Made by a program: the position numbers and the translations under genes. A stretch of 63,858 bases of DNA, counting the filler, from Reticulomyxa filosa (taxonomy: Eukaryota > Protista > Foraminifera), in NCBI GenBank assembly GCA_000512085.1. It is 12 parts of 12 records of this genome, joined end to end, with 100 filler letters (N's around TTAATTAATTAA, not from the genome) between each part and the next. Parts side by side here need not be neighbours in the genome. Positions count along the whole stretch, not along the records: positions 25,917 to 28,611 come from ASPP01007049.1; positions 28,712 to 32,071 come from ASPP01023625.1; positions 32,172 to 38,057 come from ASPP01020591.1; positions 38,158 to 47,363 come from ASPP01025599.1; 8 more parts are not named here. One strand, written 5' to 3'. Under the pieces are notes generated by a model, which made no database searches, had not been told where the DNA came from, and was given only the letters and a program-made list of their open reading frames with translations. The first letter of the stretch is position 1, and each line of letters starts with the position of its first letter. Positions 25,938 through 39,264 of the stretch are shown here, in pieces.

Positions 25938-28051
25938 GCATGCACCACCGGTGTGGTTTAAAAAAGTATGGAAAAATTTGTTTTATGTGCATTTCCTGAT
26001 AATTGTGGTGTGTAATTTGGTCGCGTTTTTCTCTTCGAAGAACTCAAGCTTTCCAATTTTCGTGTACCGATTGTTTTTGAACTCGCACATTGCATTTGGA
26101 GCGATGCTGGCCATTTTCGTGGTGTATCTGCTGCGTGCACGAGTGCACATTGCATGGGCCAAAGGAGCGTCGACTTTAAAGCGTCGCGAGCACGAAGAGA
26201 CGGTCACAGTTACAGCTACAGCCACGGCTACAGCTACAGCTACAGCTACAGGTACAGCTACAGTTTTAAGCAAAAGCAAAAGTAAGAGCAAGAGTCCAAG
26301 CAACCCTTTTGGCAGCAGTGCAAGCGGTGGACAACAAGAGACAACTCATTCAACACGAGTCGAAATGGGTCGATCCAAAAAAAAAGCGACAACAATCATA
26401 ATTCTGTGATTGGCAATGAATCGTCACAACAACAACAACAACAACAACAACAACATGAAAAGTCATCTATGAATACACATTCCATAATGCTGTTGCAACA
26501 ATTACGTAAAGCACAAAACAAATTAGATATTATTATCCTTGCACTTGTTGTCATTAGTCTCAGCGGAAGTTTTGCTTCTCTTTTTTTTTTTTTTTTTTGA
26601 AAAAAAAAATATACTTCAAATCAAACGAGATTAAAAAAAAAAGTATATTCGCTGATAAACCAGTTTTTGGAAATCAAAGGATCAATACATGACTCGCTGT
26701 ATTCGTCGCCTTATCCGACGAAATCATCGTACATTGCTCATATTGTGTTTGGCAGTTTTAACATTTGCTTGTTTTTGGCGTGGTCGTTCACGAAAAACAG
26801 CTGCTGTTTCAATGCCAAGTTATCTCGATTGTCCGTTTGTTTCATTTGTTGTCCTTATTGTGCGTGCGTTGGATCTCCTACTTACGACGACGACAACAAC
26901 AACAACAATGCATTCAATTATGGCGGACCTGACAATCTTGCCGATCTTCAACAGTCACAGATGCAAGGAGACGACCAGCAGTTGCATGTGCTGCAAATGG
27001 GACCGATCACCAACGAACATGCAATTGCAAATGCAGAGGGGAACATAGCGAGGATTCTACATGAAAGAAATGATTCTAGTGATAGTGGGGGTGTGGCTTA
27101 TACAAAAACAAATGCCAATTTGGAAATTGAAACTACTGTTTGTTTGTTTTGTTTCAAATAAGATACGTACAATTACAAATTACAAATTACAAAATAAAAA
27201 GACGGTGGCAAAAGAAGAATTGAATTGGAAAATGGTTGGAAAAGCAGTGATGGGGAAAAAAGAGTATCCATAACGGCCGCGCCTGCGACAATGAAGAAAG
27301 ACAAAGACGAGGTTAAGGAAGTCAATAATGTAATGACAATCGAACTAAAAAACAAATGTGGACCCATTCGCGTGGTTTTATATTTTTGGGAGAATGTATT
27401 TCAATCGCATGAGTTGCGGCTCGCTCAAAAAAAAAAAAAACGCCGATAGATGTTGATCATCTTTCTCAAAAAGATCTCGTTAATGCCATTGGTGGTGCTG
27501 AACGACTCGAAATGATTCGTCGTCATTTCAAAACTCTCGGAGGTCCGTTTTTTCAATCTGACCAATTATCTGGGGTCGTGCCATTCCTTTTAACTAATGA
27601 AAAGTCCAATGTTTTGGGACAGTGGCTAAAACATTTGAAATTAAATAGCTACTTTGAAAAAAATGCTGAGTTATTGCTTCAATCTTTTTCACAAGCAATC
27701 CCATCTCAACAACAACATGAAAAAACGACTATTGAGGATCCCAATAGCAACACCGATGAAAATAAAACTGAACACACAAAAATGGCGTGGATTAAAGAAA
27801 ATAGAATCATTGGATGGGATCATCCTTTGCGAGGCCAAGCAAAGTCTTCCACATTAACAACGATCTTGTTAAATATTATTAATGCGTGCCGTTGCCAACA
27901 CCAAGATATTTTATTTGTGGATTGTAATCACGCCACTCTTGTTCATCTTGACAAGATCAACCTTTGCAAAACTTTTCAAATTTCCACCAAAGGTTCTATT
28001 TCTCAACAAGAACTTGATTTCATCTCTACCTTATTTTATCACTGCCAATAA
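25938..28051 (+). CDS. 5'-truncated multi-pass (7TM/GPCR-like) protein with a C-terminal HAD-like domain
   Basis: TM helices around a long low-complexity loop (poly-TA, poly-SK, poly-Q), then a Cys-rich juxtamembrane tail (CFICCPYCAC). C-terminal alpha/beta region IRVVLYFWENVF...IGGAERLEMI...DILFVDCN. Confidence 0.5.
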
Positions 28052-28711
28052 TTTTCATCACTCACGCAATGGAGAGAAAATAAACAAATCAACATAATTA
28101 AGAAAATCGCTTTCGATTTACTTTCAATTTGTAACAATAAAAAATTTTATTTTTTTAAATCCTATGCAAACAATTTTTTTTGTAATCTTTTTTCCATCAA
28201 AAAGGGTACTTCAAAGAAGAAGACCATTCTTTTTTGTATTCACAAGTTTACATAAACAATTAGTTGATAAACAAAAGGGCTGCAATTCAATTTATCCGAA
28301 ATAAAAGAAAAGTGTAAAAATTTCACTCACAGTTATGCGTGAAAACCTTGTACATATACGCATATCAAAAATCTGTTCACGACGCTACCCAAAATAAACA
28401 ATGAAAACGATTCTACAGATGATATTTGGAGAGATTAAAAAAATATTTGCAGTGTGATTACACCAGGACACAATACACAAGGTTTCATAAATTGAAAAGT
28501 ACTGCACTAACAAAGACAAACATGAGCAATTTCAATTTCCAAAACCAAACAAATACAAAAGAGTTGTTTTCCCTTCCTATTTCTTTGAATTCAACAACAA
28601 CAAAAAAAAAANNNNNNNNNNNNNNNNNNNNNNNNNNNNNNNNNNNNNNNNNNNNTTAATTAATTAANNNNNNNNNNNNNNNNNNNNNNNNNNNNNNNNN
28701 NNNNNNNNNNN

Positions 28712-28850
28712 CAACAACAACAACAACAACAACAACAACAACGTCATCAATCACGACAAACACAACAACAACAACAACAACAACAACCACAACAAGAACT
28801 GCAAGATCGACAAAAACGACGCCGACAACAACAGCGACAACAAAGAGATC
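28712..28850 (+). repeat. (CAA)n microsatellite / poly-Gln tract
   Basis: Visible CAA iteration at the contig start. Confidence 0.9.
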
Positions 28851-29621
28851 AAAAAATAAAAAACCGCGAAAATGAAAAAGTACGTCCTGTGGAGACTGAC
28901 CAACAAAAGTATCAATTTTCATGGGATAAACTCAACCGGTACAAAACTATTCCCTTCAATCATAAAACCGATTTAACATGATTTATTTGCAGTGTGTTTA
29001 TGGGCATTGCTTGTCACGTATGAGTCGGGCCCAGTTATGTCTTGTTTCATACAAATTATTTTTTTTGTTCCTTTCGCTCTGTATTTCATGTTTTACACTC
29101 GCAAAAAAAAAAAAAAAAAAAATTTGTTTCAACATTGTCTGTGCATACACAAAGAGAAGCACAAGAAGTGTTTGACGAAATTCTCCAAGTCTCGAAATAT
29201 GAATACTTTGAAGTCCACTATTTCTATGCGTTGCAGTTAATCTAAATGCAAATAATCGAATAAATAATAAAATAATCAAATCATAAACACAAGACACAAC
29301 ACATAAATAATAGTTTACACTACGCATGCCAACGATTGGAAGAAGCAATGATGCAATATATATTTGCGATAATCTGTGAAAGTAATTGGTCCATTGCATA
29401 TTACTACTTGGGTTGTGTATTGTATCAATTGAGATTATACACAGCCTCAATCTTTTTTTTAAACAAAGCACGAAGGATGAATTCCACCATTCCAATCATT
29501 CAAAGCGGCTTTCACGCCATCTGTCAACGATTAACTGAATACTTGCAACAAGTCTTACAATATTTATACAATTGATTACGCTTTTTGTTGATCAATCTTT
29601 AAAAAAAAAAAAAAAACCCAC

Positions 29622-29655
<34 letters not shown>

Positions 29656-32071
29656 GCCACCAATGACGGAAGAAGAGTTACATTATTCGGCAGTCAATTC
29701 CTATCGAAACCGCAGTTGGAATTTGGCCTGTTTGGAGTTTATGCAATTGTTGTATATCAACCCTCAAAATGTTAATTACCAACATAACATGGCCATGGTG
29801 TTACAATATGGTTTCAGTAATTACGACGGTGCCGAAAAATATTTTAAACAAAGTGTACGAGCAAGTCAAAACTCTCACGTCGATATTCTGCGTCATTACT
29901 GTCAACTATTGTCCATTATCAAGCGCTATGAAGATTGCAAAAATTACTATGCTCTTTTGTTTCGAGTCATTCATGAAAATAACAAAAGAGTACTTGTTGA
30001 CATGGAGATGGAAAAGAACAATGCTAACAACCCGCAACAACAGCAAACACAGTCGCAACAAGAAAATCAATCACAGTCACAAATGCAAACGCAGACGCAA
30101 ACACAAACACAAACACAAAAACAAGAAAATGAATCACGATCGGAAATTAAACTGCAATGGCTAGAAATAACGTATACCGATCATTTAAATTATGCCGAAG
30201 CTTTATTGGAATGTGGGGTCGATTTTGAGCAAAGTGAACTTCACTTCAAAAAGGCTTTGGAAATGAGACCCGACAATCCCAAGATTTTATTGAAATATGG
30301 ACTTTTGCTCAGTCGCGATCGACGCTTCCAAGAAGCGCACTTGGTCTTTTCAACTGCTTTAAAAGTTTTGATTTTATCTGTTATTTATATCTATGTGCAT
30401 ATGTAATCCTTTGTTGGTCTTTGTTTACAAAATACACAATAACAATAACTCAATGATCACATAAATAAATAGTTGAGTCCAAATGATATGGATTTAAAAT
30501 ATGAACTCGCTACGGTGCTATGGAATAAACAAGAATACGAAGAAGCGATATTGACATTGAAGCAGTGTCTGTTATTGGCGACAACATTATCTACGACGGG
30601 ACAATCCGCAGAGATGGCAAGCAAATGCAAAGAGTTCCAAGAAAAGTGCGTACTGTTGTATGGCATAATGTTGGAAGAGAAGCAGGAGTATGACAAGGCA
30701 GAAAAATACATTGCCCACGCGATAGCATTGAATCAACCCAACTTAAAGTCATTGGCAGATCTATCGTACCATGACAAATATGGTAACAAGGCCGTCGACG
30801 TCCGATATTTGGCCGAGTTTATGTTAATCAAAATTCGGAAAGATGAATTTGATCACGCATTTCGAATGTATCGCTTTGGCAAGTGGATGTGTGCGTATGG
30901 TAGCAATAGCGGCACTGCTACCAATAATACGGGCAATGGTAATGGCGACGGCAATGGTGGTAATACTGGCAATAGTGGTAGTGGCCATCATTACGAGGAG
31001 ATTTTGAATCGAATGGAACGCGTTAGGAACAGTCCCAAAAAAAAGCCCAGTATATTGTATCAATACGACGATGAAGATGATCAGGCCTGTAGCGACTGGT
31101 ATTTGGCCTGCATTTATGCGGTGTATTGCAGCAAAACCAATGCCATTGCCAAAGCCACCAGATTATTTAAAAAGCTAATCAATAGCGATGAAAACAAAGC
31201 AGCTCCATGTTATTTCATTCATTATTATTATGCTTTGCATTTGCATTATGTTTGCAAAGATTATCCCAAAGCTAAAACTCAGTATTTTGCTTCCATTAAA
31301 ATTGAAAACAATTGGGCGATCACGCACTTCCATTTGGCGTTGTGCTTATTCGAATTGGGCGAGTATCAAAATGCTAAAAACTTTGCCTTGCAAGCGCAGA
31401 CTATGAATCGAGCCTTGCCTTTAATTGATCAACGCGTCGATAAATTTGTTGTCGATTGCGATGCCATGATTGCGCAGGTCTATTTATTTATTTTTACTTG
31501 TTTTGTGTTTGCAAAAGACAAACAAATAAAATGAATTAAAATAAATAAATAAAGACACAACTCAAGTCAACTCCAATTACGGGTGATCACGCTTCGCTAT
31601 TGTACCAAAGCACAGCGGCGATGGAAGATTTGTCCTTACAGTCTCCTCTTCAACGTCCTGTCGGTGATTCCAATGTCAAAAAAAGCCACTCAATCCACCG
31701 TGAGGATGGTGATGACAATGAACACGAACATGAACATGACAACGAAGAGGATAAGGCCGCGTCCACTGTTCTTCCTTCTGCGAAGCAAATTGCGGACAAA
31801 TATAACCACAAAGTTAAAAGAGACGACGATGATATACGCAATCAAAGCACTGTTCGAGTTGTGTCACGCAAACAAAGTCAAAGTCAGCCAGCCATACAAA
31901 TGCAAATGCAAATACAAATGCAGACACAAGCACAAAATACAAATACAAATACAAAATACAAATACAAATACAAATACAAATACAAATACAAATACAAATA
32001 CAAATCAATATCCAAATACAAATCCAAATCAACATCCAAATCCAAATCCAAATCCAAATCCAAATTCAAAT
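28712..32071 (+). CDS. TPR-repeat protein, multi-exon, truncated by gaps at both ends
   Basis: TPR units AEKYFKQSV, SELHFKKALEMRPDNPKILLKYG, AEKYIAHAIALN, AITHFHLALCLFELGEYQNA; poly-Q first exon ending at a GTACGT donor (~28880). Confidence 0.85.
31895..32071 (+). repeat. Hexamer microsatellite (AAATAC)n grading into (AAATCC)n
   Basis: Visible hexamer iteration running into the gap. Confidence 0.9.
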
Positions 32072-33069
32072 NNNNNNNNNNNNNNNNNNNNNNNNNNNNN
32101 NNNNNNNNNNNNNNNTTAATTAATTAANNNNNNNNNNNNNNNNNNNNNNNNNNNNNNNNNNNNNNNNNNNNTGATTTTTTCATGTTGGAGAAAATTGAAT
32201 TGTATATGTGATTTTAATAATGGAATTTTAATTAAAACGAAAATATTGATAAGAGAAGTGAGATAAAGAAAAAAAAAATGGAAAATCTATAATACTTTAT
32301 AGATATTTTTGTATTTTCTTTACATGTTTGAATTGGGATCATTTTAACACAGAAATAATGACATTTGAATTAAATTGAATTTTAAAATATTGACTTTAAA
32401 AGAAAGAAATCATTGTAATCTAGTGATATTTATGAATATAAATGGTAATTGAAGTTTTCTTCGATGATTTCGTAATGAAGGTGACTAGGTTCACGAAAAA
32501 ACGAATGAAAAAATTAGATGATTCTTTTGGATATTTGATAGATAAAAAAACTTTCCTTTGAAATACATCCCGAACAGTTATAGTAAAATTAGATGAAAAA
32601 CAAGATTATTACTAGTTAATATACTTTGTGTCCTGAGTTGTCATTGATAGGGCGTGCTAGGAATAAAACAGCTATCATAAGTACATTGAATGAAGTAATC
32701 TTTTGTGTTCTTTTTAAAAGAATATTTTCTAAATAAAAAATAAAATAAGGGCAAGATGTTCACACGAATTTTGAGATTAACAATTATTGGGGATGTAATT
32801 TTTGAAAAAAACAAAAAGGCATTTTACACGCCAACAAATTATTCAAACAAAAACTGATTTTTAAATAAAATTTAAATTATGATTAAGATTTTAGATTTTG
32901 AAGATTAAAAAGTTGAATTGGGATCACTTGCTTGTTTGTTATTCAAATAGAATTTCCTTCTTTGCGAGGTATTCTTTTGTTTGATCAAACAATAATTGCA
33001 CATAATTCAATAAAAAATTAATCAAGTTGCATCATTATTTCTTTTAAATAGTAATTGAATAATGATATA

Positions 33070-33705
33070 ATCATCATCATTTGGATTTTAGCCTTCATCT
33101 CTTCGCAATCCAAAACATTGGAGCCACTGTGGAGAAGCTTTGTGCATAAGTGATCGAGTCAAAAATGTCCTGACGAGTCCGCTGTGAGATATCCAAAAAG
33201 CGCATCTTGTATACGTTTGCATTGTGCTTCTTGTCCAACATTGTCACACACGCGAGCGAACGATGAAAGTAAATTATATTGGGTACTAGTGTGACCCGTA
33301 TTTTTGTTTTCTTGTAAGGAGTGCGATTAGATTATGTCTGGGTGCGCCGCTGTTGAGTAATGTTTGTAAACTGGTTACTAACTTTTGCATTCCTTGTTTC
33401 AATCGACTCTGAGTTCTGCAATGCACTGATCTTTGAATTAATTTGTTGGCAAAAAAAAAAAAAATAGTGCAATGATATAACCGGTACAAATTACCAAGCA
33501 AGCCTATTATGGCGTCTATTTGCATCATTGTTATCATTTTCATCATCCCCTTTGTTCTATACATTGGGTTTATCCCCAGTTTTGAGCCACTCGTTTTTTT
33601 TTAAAAAAATCTTTTACGATTACCCATTTGTCTTGAAAGCATAGCGAGCAATTTCAATTTCAGGACTGCGACTTTTAAGACATCTTGCAACTTCGTTTTC
33701 ATCAT
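33070..33705 (-). pseudogene. Decayed multi-exon coding relic, unknown family
   Basis: Exon-like segments DENEVARCLKSRSPEIEIARYAFKTN, RLKQGMQKLVTSLQTLL, VCDNVGQEAQCKRIQDALFGYL with GT donors and in-frame stops. Confidence 0.35.
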
Positions 33706-33929
33706 GGGAGTTGCATGATTTTACAGGAGAGAACCACTGTACACAAGAAAACAAAAAGAGCTGTTTCATTTGTTATTGCGTGAACAACAGTCACGGAACA
33801 CAAAAGGATAACGTACATACTTGAAAGCACTGCAAGGATAACCAAAAACGCAGAAGAGCCACAAAAACGCAGGTAGCGAGGAACGAAACTGAAGAAGATC
33901 CACCAGTAAAGGAAGCCATAGGAGAAGTA

Positions 33930-34007
33930 CCGCAGGAAGGATCGCAGGAAGGATCGCAGGAAGGACCGCAGGAAGAGCCGCAGGAAGGACCGCAGGAAGA
34001 GCCACAA
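33930..34007 (+). repeat. 12-bp minisatellite (CCGCAGGAAGGA/GAG, ~6 copies) in a stop-interrupted PQEG/PQEE frame
   Basis: Visible tandem repeat; + frame reads EVPQEGSQEGSQEGPQEEPQEGPQEEPQ*. Confidence 0.85.
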
Positions 34008-35235
34008 TGAGATTCACAGGAACAAGAGCCACATGGACAGTCGCAGGAAGGATAGAAGAGCCACAAGCACGCAGGACGAGCCACTGAGACAACGCGTGCA
34101 TAGGAAGAAGAGCCACTGAATAAGAGCATATGCTATCTATTTTCGTTTTCCCCATTTCAATCCATTTTTTTGTTTTAGTTATTTCCATGACTTTTTAAAA
34201 AAAAAAAAAAAAATACCGTCGCTTTTTTCAAATCAAAAACGACATCGTCGGTCGGGCATGGACGAATAACACGATCCAAGAAAAAATTGACATTGCAGGA
34301 TTTCCAACATTCAGGACACCGGAGCTATTCATTTATTTTTATTTGTAAATTTTTTTTTCCAGATTTTTGCAAGAATAGCCTTCTCCTTTTTTGAACACAT
34401 TTTTTTTTTACCTTGTAACGAGTTTCTTTATATTATAAAAAATACCGCTTTCGCTTTGACGACAAAAAAAGAAAATACAATAAGAAGTCAAGAAATAGAT
34501 AAACAAATAGCAGAGTTTGACAAAAAAAATTCACTCCTAAGAGATTTCCTTTTTGTTTAAAACACTGCTTTTTTTCCAGCAAATACTTTTTTTTAGTTGT
34601 TTTAAATGTGTAATTTGAAATCGTGTTTAATTTTTTTTTTGTGCCACTAAAAAATGAAAACACCTTCACAACTGAGAAGTATTTCTTTACTTTCAATTTT
34701 TCAATTAAGATAATGTTTTAATTTTTCAAATGACTTTCGTTTCACCAGGTAAAGAATGTCAAAGGTGCAATGTTTTTTTTTTGGAATGCATTTGAACACA
34801 TAGCAGAAACAATCCACACGAAAAAATGATGACAAAATTGTTATTTGTATGTGTTGTATTTATTTCGTGAGTCATTAATGGTAGTTTTTAGAGAAGATAC
34901 AATAAGTCAGATATGTTATTCTATCTTTTCTTTTTGTAAAAGAAATGAATTTATTTTAATGTATAAAGTTAGTTTTGCATTGAAACATAGCACTTTAATG
35001 ATAATGAGATATCATTGTTTGGATAGATCTTCATTTCTCGAGGAATGCACTATTCACTTCACATATCTTGTTTGTTTACTATATTGTCCTGGAAAATATA
35101 TCGTAGACGTGTTTCCGAGATATGTGTCATTTTGTTTGATATGACGTGTGGGAATACTTTGTTGCAAACAGATTTTTTTGTTGATTGAATTGAAATGTAA
35201 TACTGTTTATCAAATAACAATCAATGTAATATATT

Positions 35236-37393
35236 TTACAAAGGTATCCATAATTGAATTATGCCATCAATAGAATATGACACAATCATATTTCCATCTG
35301 GAGAAATATCAATACCATCAGTTTGTACATTTAATTTTTGTATTTCAACTCCTAATTGAACATCCCATAATCGTATTGTACCATCTTCTAAATAACCTAT
35401 TACAGTATTTTTGTCTGGGAAATATTTTACATATATAATACTTGAATAGCCACCAAATTTTTTAATTATTGTTTCTGATGATACATTCCATATATCAACT
35501 GTTCTATTAGATAAGCTAGATACAATATAAAAACCATTACAATTTATTTTTGTTTTTTCACCTGATTTGATATCAATAACTAAAGTTGGATCACTATATG
35601 AAGATATCACAATTTGTTGACCATTTGGTGAAAATAATATATCATGTAATCCAACAATTTCGTGTAATATTTGAATCATTTGTCCTGATTGTATATTCCA
35701 TATTCTTATTGATTCATCACATGCCCAAGATATAATAGTCATACCATTTGGCGAAAATTTTGAAATCATTACATTTCCTGTATGTCCCTCAAATTTCTGT
35801 ATTTCAGTATTATATTTTATATCCCATAATCTGATAGTTTTATCATTTGAACAAGATACAACCATAGTTTCATCTGATGAAAATTCTGCATCATTTACAG
35901 AAGCCAAATGTCCTTGTAATTCTTTAATCTTATTCCCTGATCCAACATCCCATATTTTAATTGTTTTGTCATTTGAAGTTGAAATAATTTTTTTACTGTC
36001 TGGTGAAAATTTTACACTATTGACACGATCGAGGTGTCCTTGAAATATATGTAATAATTTGAAATATTTAAACTGTATGTATATATGTATAATTTAAGTA
36101 AATAACATATGTGCGTGAGAAAAAAAAAAAAAAAAAATAGTAATTACCAAAGTATATCGTAAAATAATTATATTAAATTCATTAATCCATCCCATTTTAT
36201 AAATTAATGATAAACGCATCCACTGATTAATTATTGATCCAATTTCTTTTTTTTTCTTTTTTTTTTTTGTTTATTTTTATATTAAAATTTCTTTACAACA
36301 AATATATATGTATATAATTAACTTTCAATTTTTTGAAGTCAATATTTTCTTTCATTTCTTCCAATTCTTCATTTATTGCTTCAATATCGAATCTTTGCTC
36401 TTCTTCTTTCATCCATTGTTCATCTTTTTCTTCTTCATCTTTTATCCAAGTATTTAACTCTATTTTTACATGTGCCAAAACTCCTTCAAATATAAGGAGA
36501 ATGTGAATAAATGATTGATCAGCACTTAATATAGCAATATAATCATCCCGTGGAATTGGTATTGTTTGTTTATATTTTGTCCATTTATTTTCAATAATTG
36601 AGTATTTGTAAATTTCATCTGATTGACTTTCACCAAAAAATAAAATAAAATTATTTACATAAATATATTGATATTGCCTAAATGTTCTAATAGTTGTGCA
36701 AACACGTATATTAAAAAATTCAAATATATTATTATCTTCATCGTATTTTATTGATAATCCTATGCTTTGATAAAATAATAACATTTCATTATCAGATTTT
36801 GATATAAAACAAGGTTGATATATTGTATTATTAGTATTGCTATTAATCGGTAATATATCATGTTTAATAAATTGATATTTATTTAAATCAAATATACTAA
36901 CATTATTTGACGGATAAACAATAAATAATAAATTATTGTTTTTTCCACCAATTATTGCGGTCATCCCACAATAATCATCTTCATCTCTTCCAATATTCAT
37001 CAAAGGTATCCATTTATTATAATCATTTGATAATTGTGTTATTTCATTTTCATTATCCCAAACACTCTTATATTTCATTATTAATGTATGTTTATTAGCT
37101 CCACAAAAAGACAATAAAGTTATTTCATTTAAATCTTTATTATTAGTATCATTATTGTCTATCATCTTCAATACACAATGTGTATCTAAATTTATTTCAT
37201 TTGGATATTCACATATAAATTTATAATTATTTTTGATTGTATGATAAGAATAGCAACTGTTTTGATTATAACCTCCACAAATAATAATTTCATTTTTGAG
37301 TGCTATACATTGAGTAAGTCTGAATGGGACATATAAAGAAGCCAAAGTCTCAAAAGGAGTTAAACTTTCTTCTTTCATGTCAATTTGATTCAT
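35236..37393 (-). CDS. Kelch-box-WD40 fusion protein (exons 37393-36323, 36255-36148, 36072-35236)
   Basis: Exon 1 Kelch; exon 2 KKKEIGSIINQWMRLSLIYKMGWINEFNIIILRYTL; exon 3 WD40 (FQGHLDRVNSVKFSPD, DKTIRLWD, FEGHTGNV). Both introns are GT-AG, phase 0, and keep the frame open. Confidence 0.85.
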
Positions 37394-38519
37394 TTTAAGA
37401 CAGTAACTTCAAAAGAAGAACGAACTTGAAGTTTTCAAACACAATATGTTCGTTTTTTTTTTTGTAAGGAAAGGGACAATTACTTTTGAACACTTGGAGT
37501 TTTGATGAGCTTCAACAAACCAAAAAAGATTGTATCTCAGACATAAGCTCCATCCTCCAGAAAATCTATTCATCATTGCAATTGAACCATTAAAATACTC
37601 TTTTTTATATATGTATATGTATAAGAAGAAAATATTGATCAATATATCAACAAAACAAGCATTTCATAAATTTTTTCGGAGAAAATTGAAGAAGCTGCAA
37701 CACACCAAAGATGATTTATGAACTGGTTTTCAGTTTAATATTTATTTTTTAAAAACCGCAAACTACACGCCAGAAGCAACAATTTACATTTTCAAGTTCG
37801 CACAGGGAGATTCTGTTTTTATGTTTATAATTTGCTTGCACGACCGGAATTTGCAGAGGAAATTGGGGAAGGAATAGTAAGAAAGGGGTGAGAAGAGAGG
37901 AGAAGGACAACAAAAATAGATCAAAAAAACGGTCCAAAAAAAAAAAAAAAATTAATTATCCACGCCCCTCCCACATACATACATACACAAACATAACAAT
38001 AACCACACAAATTGCGTGGTCAGTCCTAGTTTTTTTTTTTGGCTGCCCCCCCCCTCCNNNNNNNNNNNNNNNNNNNNNNNNNNNNNNNNNNNNNNNNNNN
38101 NTTAATTAATTAANNNNNNNNNNNNNNNNNNNNNNNNNNNNNNNNNNNNNNNNNNNNGATGATCGGCACTTGGTGAACAAGGAAGGTGGGTCGCCAAATT
38201 TGTGTTTGTTTCCAGATCAATCCCAAACAATGTAGACCTTGGTGCTACCATAACATAAAAAGCGAGATCGTCAAAAAGAAAAAAAAAGAAGATGGGCTTG
38301 ACATTATATGGTGTAGCGACTGAATTGACGAAGGAGTGGAAGGCGATGAAAAAAAAAAGAGAATATAAGTTATCATTAAATGCCCATTTATGGCGATGGA
38401 ATCGTTTTTCATCCCTGGAAACACGCAAAGTCGCCATTCGCGGGCATCAACTAACTTCCCATATCGCGCTCAATGGAAAATGCGGGTCAGTGGCAATCCA
38501 AAGCATTGGATAGAATGTT

Positions 38520-38975
38520 TTCAATAAATAGGTGCATAAAAGTCTCTGCGGACAATTGTGGCGCGGCATAGCACCAAAGAGGTCGTCGAAATGCAATCTA
38601 CCGGTGTAACAAACAATGAACATTATGTCATTATGGAAATGGTGTAATTTTGTTAACGCAGAGATTGAGAACTCGGATTTTGAATCGTGAGCTCGCGAAA
38701 CTCTTGCAGCGATGGAGTCGGAAGATACAACTAACTCTATTTCTTTCTTCACTAATCAACAATGTCAATGTTCAATATTCAATCCTGTGCCTTGCGTTTG
38801 AATGTCAATCGAGAAAGCAAGAGAGAAAAAACAAGAGCGAATACGTCCAAAAAAAAAGGAAGTACAAATGCTGCCTTCTATCTCATCTAATCGTCAATCC
38901 AAAAATTATTGAATGAACACATTTGTGATGGATGCAAGAATTTCCGGCGACGATCATTTATCCAAGGCCAAAACT
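38520..38975 (+). pseudogene. Possible C2-domain fragment (partial or decayed)
   Basis: TGVTNNEHYVIMEM, RLRTRILNRELAKLLQRW and VMDARISGDDHLSKA follow the C2 motif order (DPYV / KTKV..LNP.W / V.D.D...DD.LG). Weak. Confidence 0.3.
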
Positions 38976-38999
38976 TGTCTCTCATTACAATGGCGACAA

Positions 39000-39250
39000 G
39001 ATCGGATGAATTTGGTATTTTAGAAAATATCAATTATATAATACATTGAAACAATTGTGATATGTTCTGGACCATTTGATAGTACAATTCGTTTTTGGGA
39101 TATTCGATCAAATAAGAAAGAATTGTACTTGATCAAGTGAGGAAAGAGGATTGTGGAATTCATTGTCTTAAAAAAGTTACAAAAAAAAATAAAGATAAAA
39201 TAAAAAAATCAAAGCCATATCCATATTTAAAGACAACTGATTTATATGTT
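39000..39250 (+). pseudogene. WD40 gene 3' remnant
   Basis: VICSGPFDSTIRFWDIRSNKKELYLIK* followed by frameshifted DCGIHCLK. Confidence 0.7.
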
Positions 39251-39264
39251 CTGATTGTGTTTCT

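Noticed and set aside
31814-32069. ORFs with ICICIC, DLDLDL or KYKYKY repeats
   Set aside because: Alternative-frame translations of a hexamer microsatellite.
31895-32071. (AAATCC/AAATAC)n as a telomere
   Set aside because: It is heterogeneous, grows out of a coding low-complexity tract and ends at an assembly gap.
33791-34129. Cys-rich minus-strand ORF (CGSSCGPSC...) as a metallothionein or keratin-associated protein
   Set aside because: It is the antisense reading of the 12-bp minisatellite.
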